Source of the DNA: Minisyncoccota bacterium | GTDB lineage: Bacteria; Patescibacteriota; Minisyncoccia; Phycocordibacterales; PALSA-1337 | DNA: 64,000 bases | NCBI GenBank assembly: GCA_041671485.1 | Contig: JBAZBL010000003.1 | Location: forward strand, 25,412-89,411 | Reading direction: 5' to 3' | Made by a program: the position numbers and the translations under genes | Notes under the pieces: model-generated | Databases searched by the model: none | The model's input: the letters and a program-made list of their open reading frames with translations, nothing else | Told to the model about the DNA's origin: nothing | In this document: positions 49,330-57,335 of the stretch, one piece after another | Layout: every line of letters begins with the position of its first letter | Position numbering within the stretch: position 1 is the first letter of the stretch

Positions 49330-52300
49330 TCAATCCTTTTCATTACCAACTTCATCTTCTTTGACTAGCTCCACATTCAAGGCAAGACCTCTAAGAGTCT
49401 TCAAAAGTACATTGAATGATGCAGGCAGATTTGGTGGTTTCAGAGCTTCACCCTTCACGATCGAATCGAAAGTCTGCGAACGACCGATGATATCGTCAGA
49501 CTTGACTGTAAGGATCTCACGTAGTGTATGTGCAGCACCATGCCCCAACAATGCCCAGACTTCCATTTCTCCGAAGCGTTGACCACCTCCTTGTGCCTTA
49601 CCACCCAAAGGTTGCTGTGTAATGAGTGAATATGGTCCGATAGAGCGCATATGGATCTTATCTTCGACCATATGATGCAATTTCATTATATACATATATC
49701 CAACAGCTATCGGTTGATCGAAGTATTCTCCATTTCGCCCATCACGCAATTTCATCTTGCCAGAAGCATCATGTCCCGCTTTTACCAATTCTTCTTTTAT
49801 CTCGGATTCCAAAGCTCCCATAAATGGAGGAACAATGGCTTGATATCCGAGAGTATTTGCAGCAAGACCCAAATGTAATTCGAGGATCTGTCCTAGATTC
49901 ATACGTGATGGCACACCCAGCGGTGTAAGGATGACATCTATAGGAGTACCATCTTCCATATATGGCATATCTTCTTCTGGAAGGATTTTGGATATGACAC
50001 CCTTATTACCGTGACGACCGGCCATCTTGTCTCCTACAGATATATTTCTTACTTGAGCAACTTCTATATATATCTTTTTTATTATTCCTGATTCCAATTT
50101 ATCACCTTTCTCACGTGAGAATATTTTGATAGAAATAACTCGGCCCTGTTTGCCATTTTCCATTCTCTTTGAAGTATCCTTGACATCACGTGCCTTTTCT
50201 CCAAATATAGATCGGAGCAATCGCTCTTCTGGAGTTAGTTGTGTCTCACTCTTGGGAGAAATCTTTCCGACCAATATATCCCCAGGTCTCACTTCTGCAC
50301 CAACCCTTACGATACCTTCTTCAGTCAGATTTTTTAGTTTTGCTTCGCCAACATTTGGTATATCACACGTTGTCACTTCTGGACCAAGTTTTGTATCACG
50401 TACATTGACCAAGAATTCTTCTATATGTATAGAACTCCATTTGGCATTTTTGACTACACGTTCGGATAGAATTATGGCATCTTCATAGTTTGATCCTGAC
50501 CAAGACATGAATGCAACCAAGGCATTGTGTCCAAGAGCTATCTCTCCATGATCAGAAGTCGATGTATCAGCCAAAACATCACCTTTTTTGACCTTCTCTC
50601 CGAGTTCTACTATCGGTCTTTGATGAAATGCAGTAAAACCATTTGTCCTAGAAAATAGGATTAGACTGAAATCTTTTATTCCATTCTTGGTCTTGAGTGA
50701 TATACTTCTGGCATCAACTTTTGTGATCTCACCATCTTCTGGAGCAATCACAATGCGACCAGTTTCTATGATTGCTTTGCTCTCCATGCCCGTTGCAACG
50801 ATCGGCACTTCTGGTACGAGACATGGTGTTGCTTGTTTTTGCATATTTGAACCCATGAGAGCACGGTTTGCATCATCATGATTTAGAAATGGTATAAGTG
50901 ATGTTGCTACAGAAAATGCTTGATTTGCAGAAACATCGATAAGATCAACGTCTTTTTTATTGACTATTGCTGGTTTGCCATTTCTCCTAACTTCGACTTC
51001 ATCAATAGTTATATTTCCAGAATTGTCCCTAGGTATAGCAGCATGAGCAATATTGAAGCTTTCTTCTTCTAGAGCATTAAAATATGAAATCTCTTTTGTG
51101 ATTTTCCCATCTTTGACTTTTGCATAAGGAGTTTCTATCATGCCAAAATGATTGATACGTGCATAGTTGGTCAAGTGCAAAACCAAACCAATGTTTGGAC
51201 CTTCTGGAGTGTGTATTGGGCATAATCGGCCATAATGAGATGGATGGACATCACGTACTTCGAAGCCTGCACGTTCACGAGACAAACCACCCGGTCCAAG
51301 TGCCGACAATAGACGCAGATGTTCGATTTCATCTAGAGTATTGGTCTGTTGCATGAATTGAGAAAGCTGATTGGTAGTAAAAAATTCTTTGATCCTAGCC
51401 TGAAGTGGTCTTGGATAAACAAAAGATATGGGTTGAGTTATATCTGGCTCTATCGTAGACATCCTATCCTGAATATTTCTCTTCATCTGTGTAAGGCCCA
51501 ATCTGATCCTCTGTTCTATCAATTCACCGACATATCTCACACGACGTGAACCCAAATGATCAATATCATCAGCTTGCATTTCCGGATTAACATTCAAAGC
51601 AACAATATGTTTGATCGTTATAGAGAGGTCATTTGTATCTACAGTTCTGCGTTCCAATGATTTCTCATCCATTGTTTTATTGAAACGTTTATTGAAACGG
51701 AATCTACCAACTCGAGAAAGATCGTATCTTTCTACACTCAATATAGCTCGAACAAAAGAACGAGCATTTTCGGCTGTAGCTAGATCACCATCTCGAAGTC
51801 TTTTGTAGATCTCAACATAAGCCTCTTCCTGTGTTTTGGCATGATCCTTGGAAAGAGTAAGTTCAATAGTCTTTTTGGCATCTTCATCGTCTTTGAATAG
51901 GTCCATTATGTCTTCATTTTTCTCTGCACCCAAGACTCGTAGAAGTGAAGTGATGGGGAACTTTCTTTTCCTGTCTATTCTACAATACATCACACCATCA
52001 ATATCAGTCTCGATTTCCATCCATACGCCTCGTGAAGGGATGATCTTTGCACCATAATATACTTTGCCTCTAACGTCATTGGCAGTGAAGAAAACCCCAA
52101 AAGAACGAGCCAATTGTGGTACTATCACTCTCTCAACACCATTTATAATAAATGTGCCGTGGTTTGTCATCAATGGAAAATCTGCAAGAAACATTTCTTG
52201 CTCTTTTACTACATTTAGAGATTTATTTTTGAGTGTTACCTTTATCTTGATCTGTCCTTCATAATTGAGCTTATTGCTTTTTGCATAATGTTCATCGAAC

Positions 52301-52518
52301 TTTGGTTTGATCACTTCGAAACCACCGAGTGAAAGTTCAAACTTCTTTTCAGCATAATCTTTGATTGGTGAGAATTCCTTGAGAAGGTTTGGGATATTTT
52401 CTCCCAAAAGTTGCTTGAATGATGCCGCTTGTGCTTCAACCAAATTGGGCATATCTGCCAATGGAGCCTGATAGCGAGAAAAATATTTTTTTGGACGAGG
52501 AGCATGAGTATTGAACAT
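49330..52518 (-). CDS. rpoB: DNA-directed RNA polymerase subunit beta (RpoB)
   Basis: Start trimmed to MFNTHAPRPKKYFSRY; the ORF-track N-terminal 45 aa look like a spurious extension. Conserved rifampicin region and C-terminal motifs are present. Confidence 0.9.
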   Translation of the reverse strand: MFNTHAPRPKKYFSRYQAPLADMPNLVEAQAASFKQLLGENIPNLLKEFSPIKDYAEKKFELSLGGFEVIKPKFDEHYAKSNKLNYEGQIKIKVTLKNKSLNVVKEQEMFLADFPLMTNHGTFIINGVERVIVPQLARSFGVFFTANDVRGKVYYGAKIIPSRGVWMEIETDIDGVMYCRIDRKRKFPITSLLRVLGAEKNEDIMDLFKDDEDAKKTIELTLSKDHAKTQEEAYVEIYKRLRDGDLATAENARSFVRAILSVERYDLSRVGRFRFNKRFNKTMDEKSLERRTVDTNDLSITIKHIVALNVNPEMQADDIDHLGSRRVRYVGELIEQRIRLGLTQMKRNIQDRMSTIEPDITQPISFVYPRPLQARIKEFFTTNQLSQFMQQTNTLDEIEHLRLLSALGPGGLSRERAGFEVRDVHPSHYGRLCPIHTPEGPNIGLVLHLTNYARINHFGMIETPYAKVKDGKITKEISYFNALEEESFNIAHAAIPRDNSGNITIDEVEVRRNGKPAIVNKKDVDLIDVSANQAFSVATSLIPFLNHDDANRALMGSNMQKQATPCLVPEVPIVATGMESKAIIETGRIVIAPEDGEITKVDARSISLKTKNGIKDFSLILFSRTNGFTAFHQRPIVELGEKVKKGDVLADTSTSDHGEIALGHNALVAFMSWSGSNYEDAIILSERVVKNAKWSSIHIEEFLVNVRDTKLGPEVTTCDIPNVGEAKLKNLTEEGIVRVGAEVRPGDILVGKISPKSETQLTPEERLLRSIFGEKARDVKDTSKRMENGKQGRVISIKIFSREKGDKLESGIIKKIYIEVAQVRNISVGDKMAGRHGNKGVISKILPEEDMPYMEDGTPIDVILTPLGVPSRMNLGQILELHLGLAANTLGYQAIVPPFMGALESEIKEELVKAGHDASGKMKLRDGRNGEYFDQPIAVGYMYIMKLHHMVEDKIHMRSIGPYSLITQQPLGGKAQGGGQRFGEMEVWALLGHGAAHTLREILTVKSDDIIGRSQTFDSIVKGEALKPPNLPASFNVLLKTLRGLALNVELVKEDEVGNEKD

Positions 52519-52750
52519 ATTTGGTGAAAAGATTATTTTGACGCATAAAAATGCCGTCAAATTTAAACGGATTATTAAAACTAATTGCTTTATTATCTCT
52601 TTATCACGGTTTGGATGACTATCCAAATCCTCCGCATTTTGGCCGGAACTCAATCACGGCGAAGTTGTATGTACCCTAGCATATACAAAATCCTCGTCAA
52701 TATTGACATCTGATAACTTGTGTCTTGTAATAAGAATTGAGAGGATCTAA

Positions 52751-53470
52751 TTACTTCCCTTTTCTATTGACTTTCCAATCATTGATCTTTGAATGGTGCC
52801 CACTCAATAAGACTTTTGGTACACGATATTTCTTTTTCCCAAATTCTATAACTTCTGGCCTTGTATAGACATCTGGACTTGCAATCCTCTCTTCTTCGAT
52901 TGATAGTTTATCACCAAGTACACCATCTATTCTCCTTGCAATAGAATCAATAACTATCATTCCAGGCAATTCTCCACCTGTCAGAGTATATGGTCCAACA
53001 GAGATATCTGTCATCTTGAACATCTTCTTTATTCTAGCGTCTATACCTTCGTATCGTCCACATATTAAAATAATATCAGTATATTTTTTTAGTGTGTCCG
53101 CAACCTTGTTTGTAAACTGTTTTCCTGACGGACTAAAAAATACAATCTTTATTTTTTTATTTTTATTTTTTATCTTATTTATCGTCTCTTCTATCGCTCT
53201 TGCGATTGGCAATGCCTCAATAACCATACCCGGTCCCCCACCATATGGTCTATCATCAATTCTTCTTTCTGCATAAGTCATCTTTTTACTTTTTTTCGAA
53301 GGCTTGCCCGCCTCCGCTCGTATGAGCGAGCTTCGGCGTGGTAAAACGAAATCTCTAGGATTGTAATATTCAATCCCAATATATCCTTCTTTTTGCGCTC
53401 TCTTTACTATTGAAACATTGAGATACGATTCGAAGCTTTCAGGAAATAATGTAATTATGTGGAAATTCAT
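52751..53470 (-). CDS. trmD: tRNA (guanine37-N1)-methyltransferase TrmD, carrying a roughly 25-aa GC-rich in-frame insertion
   Basis: MNFHIITLFPESF...DDRPYGGGPGMV...ILICGRYEGIDAR...GGELP motifs. Confidence 0.85.
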   Translation of the reverse strand: MNFHIITLFPESFESYLNVSIVKRAQKEGYIGIEYYNPRDFVLPRRSSLIRAEAGKPSKKSKKMTYAERRIDDRPYGGGPGMVIEALPIARAIEETINKIKNKNKKIKIVFFSPSGKQFTNKVADTLKKYTDIILICGRYEGIDARIKKMFKMTDISVGPYTLTGGELPGMIVIDSIARRIDGVLGDKLSIEEERIASPDVYTRPEVIEFGKKKYRVPKVLLSGHHSKINDWKVNRKGK

Positions 53471-53482
53471 GGGATCTCACAC

Positions 53483-53818
53483 TTATTCCAATTTGAGGTC
53501 TGCCATTGCTTCATCTACAGACTTTGAAGCTTTTAGAGCAGCCGAAGGCATCTGATCCTTGAGTCCTCCAACAGGCTCATTTATCTTGAGGTTAACGCGA
53601 GAATTATTCTTCATACCCACGACACGGAGTAATGTACGGATTGATTTGGCAGTATTGCCTTGACGACCAATAATCTTGCCCATATCTGCTGCAGAAACTT
53701 CGAGAGTAAGCAGTACTCCCATCTCATCTACTGTGCGAACAATCTTGACCTGATCTGGATAGTCTACCAAAGCTTTGATAACCAATTCGAGAAACTGCTG
53801 ATCTGCGTGCTGATTCAT
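53483..53818 (-). CDS. KH-domain RNA-binding protein (YlqC/UPF0109-like)
   Basis: GKIIGRQGNTAKSIR KH motif; sits in the usual position between rpsP and trmD. Confidence 0.7.
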   Translation of the reverse strand: MNQHADQQFLELVIKALVDYPDQVKIVRTVDEMGVLLTLEVSAADMGKIIGRQGNTAKSIRTLLRVVGMKNNSRVNLKINEPVGGLKDQMPSAALKASKSVDEAMADLKLE

Positions 53819-53960
53819 GATATTTATAAGCTAAATTATAATCGTACAGTTCGCTGTACTACAAATATTCTATCAGAAAAATAATTACCGTCAATCGTTT
53901 TTGTTTCAAGTGATAATGTAATATTTTGAATCCTCTTCGGAGGCACCATAAAGTAAGATT

Positions 53961-54992
53961 TTAAAATGACCGCAGATATTCCTCAAGCAATCGGTCATAT
54001 ATTGGTTGCAATATGCACTGATAATTATAGGCATTACCATGCTTTAACATACCCAAATAAGACGAGACTGTTTCGAACTTTGGCTCGTTATTGCATTTAT
54101 TCATCATTCTTCTTCTGGTAGTTGTCCTTAACACCCGATGATCTGGAAAGTGTATCCAGCCCAAAAAGTCAACGCCCGAAGCAAAAGTCTTGAGAAATGT
54201 TTTGTCGGGATGTAATGACAAATGGAGTTTTTCTTTCAAAAATTGGTCCATATCTGTAAGCATAGATAAAAGTAATTTGTGATCAGTGTTAAGGATTACA
54301 AAATCATCGGCATAACGAATATAGTATTTGACTTTGATTTTATGCTTCATGAATTGATCGAATTTATTCATGTAAATATTCGCGAATAATTGAGAAGTTA
54401 AATTTCCTAGTGGCATACCAACATTTGGGTCACCCGAATGAAAACTGTTTATTATTTGATCTAACAGATGAAGAATGTCCCGGTCGGGAATATAGGAATT
54501 GAGTATGTCAAATAATATTTGATGATCTATTGAAGCAAAGAACTTTCTAATATCACATTTCAAAACCCAAACAGTTTTTGTATGATTGCACGATGCTTGT
54601 CTGGCAAACTCGCTAAATTTTTTGAAGGCTCTATGTGTACCTTTGTCGATCCTACAAGAATATGAATCAGAGATGAAAGTTCGGTCAAAGAATGGGTATA
54701 GTTTCCTGTAAAGTGCTCGATGTAAAATTCGATCTCTTACAGTAGCTTTATGGATATTACGAGGTTTGGGATCATTGATTTTGAAGGGCATATATGGACC
54801 ATGTACAAATGTTCTATTTTTCAAATCTTTGTGGAGTTGTAATAGGTGTCTCATTAACTGTAATCGAAATTCAGCTACATCTTCCCTTCTGTCTTTGTCG
54901 GCTGAAAATTCATTCCACGCCTCTAGTAAATTCTCAATGGATATGATAGCTTCGTAGTTATGGCTGAATTGAATTCGTCCCATATTTCTCAT
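53961..54992 (-). CDS. Diversity-generating retroelement (DGR) reverse transcriptase
   Basis: 343 aa; RT motifs including PLGNLTSQLFANIYM (the DGR-type I/LGxxxSQ motif rather than the group II QGxxxSP) and YIRYADDFVIL (YADD). Lies directly downstream of the TR on the same strand. Confidence 0.85.
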   Translation of the reverse strand: MRNMGRIQFSHNYEAIISIENLLEAWNEFSADKDRREDVAEFRLQLMRHLLQLHKDLKNRTFVHGPYMPFKINDPKPRNIHKATVRDRILHRALYRKLYPFFDRTFISDSYSCRIDKGTHRAFKKFSEFARQASCNHTKTVWVLKCDIRKFFASIDHQILFDILNSYIPDRDILHLLDQIINSFHSGDPNVGMPLGNLTSQLFANIYMNKFDQFMKHKIKVKYYIRYADDFVILNTDHKLLLSMLTDMDQFLKEKLHLSLHPDKTFLKTFASGVDFLGWIHFPDHRVLRTTTRRRMMNKCNNEPKFETVSSYLGMLKHGNAYNYQCILQPIYDRLLEEYLRSF

Positions 54993-55017
54993 AATACCCC
55001 CCCCACGGTTTTTACCA

Positions 55018-55404
55018 GTTGTCGAAAAGCTTAAATCAAGCTACAAACTTTGGCATGAATATCACGGACTCGTACCGAAAACACAAAGATATTCGCTTGG
55101 CAATAGAATAGATAATCTCTTAGTAGAAAGCATCGAAGCGACAGTAACTGCGACATTTTTATCAAAAGAAGAGAAATTACCGTGGATACGACTGGCAATT
55201 CGAAAAACCGATACATTGAAAGTTTTACTCATGATTTTATGGGAAACTAAATCAATAGATGATAAAAAATATATTGCTCTTTCTGTGAAATTAGATGAGG
55301 TCGGCAAGATGCTCGGTGGTTGGAGTGGACAGCTTATAAAATCTACCTCTACTAAAACTATAGTGAATAAACAAAACTCTCCAGCAAAAGCAGGAGAGAA
55401 ATGA
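55018..55404 (+). CDS. Avd-like four-helix-bundle protein (accessory variability determinant family) on the opposite strand to the RT; no canonical start codon as sequenced
   Basis: Frame open from 54973 to the TGA at 55402-55404. Translation ...KLKSSYKLWHEYHGLVPKTQRYSLGNRIDNLLVESIEATVTATFLSKEEKLPWIRLAIRKTDTLKVLLMILWETKSIDDKKYIALSVKLDEVGKMLGGWSGQLIK matches the 23S-rRNA-IVS/Avd four-helix-bundle pattern. An ATG at 54960 is one frame off, across a C8 tract. Confidence 0.45.
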   Translation, partial: VVEKLKSSYKLWHEYHGLVPKTQRYSLGNRIDNLLVESIEATVTATFLSKEEKLPWIRLAIRKTDTLKVLLMILWETKSIDDKKYIALSVKLDEVGKMLGGWSGQLIKSTSTKTIVNKQNSPAKAGEK

Positions 55405-55412
55405 AGAGAGTC

Positions 55413-55534
55413 GCCGACACCGCCGCAGGGTTGTTGTCTTTGAAGTCGTTGTCAAGCCAGTTGTAGTTCCAGTCCCACCTGCCGCCGTTCCAGTTGAGGT
55501 AACGAACATAGAGGTTGTCATCGGCGCTGCGGTA
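55413..55534 (-). repeat. DGR template repeat (TR)
   Basis: 122 nt aligning gap-free with 55861-55982. All 17 differences are at TR adenines (sense = - strand). The TR sense strand is rich in AAC codons. Confidence 0.85.
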
Positions 55535-55778
55535 TCGTATGAAGCACCATCCATACCACCACCCCTCGGATACCCTCAGGGCTGAATCGTATTTGGCATC
55601 GTAATGCCTTAGCACCTCATACCAAGTATTTTCATTTTTTAATGAAGTTCTGCATACACCACTCTACCCAAAATCTTGGTCGTGGATATTCTCGATGTAT
55701 GGATACTGGTTTCGGTAGCAAGCAACATTAGTCGCTCACATATTCACCTACTCCCGCCACATCTTACCATATAAATCA

Positions 55779-55802
55779 GCCCCGCGCGTTGTCGCACGGG
55801 GC
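55779..55802 (-). other. GC-rich stem-loop downstream of the VR (candidate DGR homing-enhancing hairpin/cruciform)
   Basis: gccccgcgcg-ttgt-cgcacggggc: 10-bp stem (one C-A mismatch) with a 4-nt loop, about 58 nt beyond the IMH-like end of the VR. Confidence 0.45.
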
Positions 55803-55853
55803 CAAGGTCAAAGGTCACAGGTTCTGAAGAACAAAGTGACTGATGTTCAAGAG

Positions 55854-56474
55854 CTAACTTGCCGACACCGCCGCAGGGTCGAGGCCCCTGAAGTCGTTGT
55901 CAAGCCAGCGGCAGTTCCAGCCCCACCTGCCGCCGCCCCAGCGGAGGCAACGAACATAGAGGTCGTCATCGGCGCCGCGGTAGATGGTCCCCCAGAAGAA
56001 GATGTAGCGGGTGTTTCCGTTTTCATCCTTTTTCCATGCCTCGGGAATGAGGTGCGGGTTCTTCAGGAGATAATCCAAAACATTGGCGTTGAGGACTCGT
56101 TGCTTGGCGAGTTCCTTGCGCAGGTCATTGCCACGGATGGCATTGCCTTTCTTCTGGAGCTTGGACAACCAAAACTCGATTTTCTTGCCATCGAGATAGA
56201 GGTCGTCTCCACGGCATTCGAGCTTGGCAACCTTGCCACTCTGGTGTTCTTCCACCTTCCAGCCGTCAGGAAGGTAGGGGTCGGCACCGAGGTCAATGGC
56301 GTGTTCGATAGGCTTGATTTCATACAAACCCAGTTGGACACCCCTCACACGACCGAGGAAATCCCCGACAGTGAGCGCTTTGACTTCTTCCAGCGATTGG
56401 AAGCCGTTGCGGTTGAGCGCATGCTCGATTTCTTGAGCCAAACCAACACCGAGCGTTAACTTTATATTATCCAT
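55854..56474 (-). CDS. DGR target (variable) protein, 206 aa, with C-terminal VR
   Basis: Intact ORF whose last 40 codons or so are the VR. GC content is far above the genomic background. No obvious signal peptide. Confidence 0.8.
   Translation of the reverse strand: MDNIKLTLGVGLAQEIEHALNRNGFQSLEEVKALTVGDFLGRVRGVQLGLYEIKPIEHAIDLGADPYLPDGWKVEEHQSGKVAKLECRGDDLYLDGKKIEFWLSKLQKKGNAIRGNDLRKELAKQRVLNANVLDYLLKNPHLIPEAWKKDENGNTRYIFFWGTIYRGADDDLYVRCLRWGGGRWGWNCRWLDNDFRGLDPAAVSAS
55861..55982 (-). repeat. DGR variable repeat (VR) at the 3' end of the target gene
   Basis: Cognate of the TR. Encodes YRGADDDLYVRCLRWGGGRWGWNCRWLDNDFRGLDPAAVSA, against TR-encoded YRSADDNLYVRYLNWNGGRWDWNYNWLDNDFKDNNPAAVSA. 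Confidence 0.85.
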
Positions 56475-56539
56475 AATGTGTTCTTTTTCTGTTTCGTGGA
56501 CATGTCCTTTTCGAGGACTGGTCCAAACTGTTGGGCTCG

Positions 56540-56586
56540 CAATTTAGCTTTGCCACAGCAGAGAATGGCCTAAAAAGCTACTTTCT
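56540..56586. repeat. Perfect 13-bp inverted repeat (ttgccacagcaga / tctgctgtggcaa) upstream of the DGR target gene
   Basis: Seen directly; 21-nt spacer; no T-run on either side, so it looks more like an operator or structural element than a terminator. Confidence 0.35.
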
Positions 56587-56784
56587 GCTGTGGCAAATGC
56601 AAGTTAGCATATCAAAGAACTTTACGCTAAAAGTCTATCACACCAATAACTTAAAGTCAAGGGCTTGAATTCACCGAGGAGGAATAATCCCACCTATTTT
56701 GCACTCTATTGAGTAAAGTAGATTTTAAGTTGTTGGTGCTACAGGTGGGGTTGTTACTGAAGCCTCTTTTGCTGTAATCTCAAC

Positions 56785-57135
56785 TTATTCTGACGGAACA
56801 GGTACAGGTTCAGTCACAACCACTTTCGGAGCTTCTTTCACCTCTTCCTTTTTGATCGGAGTTTTCCTAGGTAATGCATTCATCTTTTTGCCAGCAATTA
56901 CCTTCTGCGAAACAAGATAATTGTGAATTGTTACAGATGTTTGTGCACCTTTTGATATCCAATACTTGATACGTTCAACATTCAATTGTTCCAATTTATT
57001 CTTGAGTCTAGAATCATACCAACCCAAATTTTCTAGATATTTACCACTCTTTGGTCCATTTTTGGAATCAGTCAAAACCAACCGAAAAGTTGGTTCGTGT
57101 TTCCTACCAGTGCGTTGCAGTCTTATCATCAACAT
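56785..57135 (-). CDS. rpsP: 30S ribosomal protein S16 (with short C-terminal extension)
   Basis: MLMIRLQRTGRKHEPTFRLVLTDSKNGPKSGKYLENLGWYD is the canonical S16 N-terminus. Confidence 0.85.
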   Translation of the reverse strand: MLMIRLQRTGRKHEPTFRLVLTDSKNGPKSGKYLENLGWYDSRLKNKLEQLNVERIKYWISKGAQTSVTIHNYLVSQKVIAGKKMNALPRKTPIKKEEVKEAPKVVVTEPVPVPSE

Positions 57136-57179
57136 GGCTATGATGCTAACATATACAATCTATTTCTGCAATTGTCTTA

Positions 57180-57335
57180 TAAAAAGCTTGGTGAAATATC
57201 TCTCGAGCCAACACGCAATGCGATCTGAGCCATGAACAAATTGCCCGTATTTGCCGAATCCTTGTAGGCAAATACGGTGCAATTTGGAATGGCGACCTTG
57301 CGTGGAGGCGAGGGAGATATTTCACCAAGCTTTTT
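57180..57335. repeat. Family B structured palindromic repeat, copy B (bidirectional terminator-like)
   Basis: Homologous to 39202-39358 with covarying stems (gcttggtgaaatat/atatttcaccaagc versus gcccaacgaaatat/atatttcgtcgggc; ccgtatttgcc/ggcaaatacgg versus cccatatttgct/agcaaatatgg). T-runs on both strands. Confidence 0.6.

Noticed and set aside
54960-55010. Alternative genetic code (UGA as sense) to extend the avd-like frame upstream
   Set aside because: Long housekeeping genes (rpoB, rpoC, dnaG, recG) read cleanly with standard stops, so code 11 applies.
55358-55615. ORF-track entry (85 aa, - strand) overlapping the TR
   Set aside because: It is the template repeat region itself, a non-coding duplicate of the target gene's 3' end, with no start context or conservation as a gene.
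55836-56459. 207-aa + strand ORF
   Set aside because: Antisense to the GC-rich DGR target gene; long open antisense frames are expected in GC-rich sequence.
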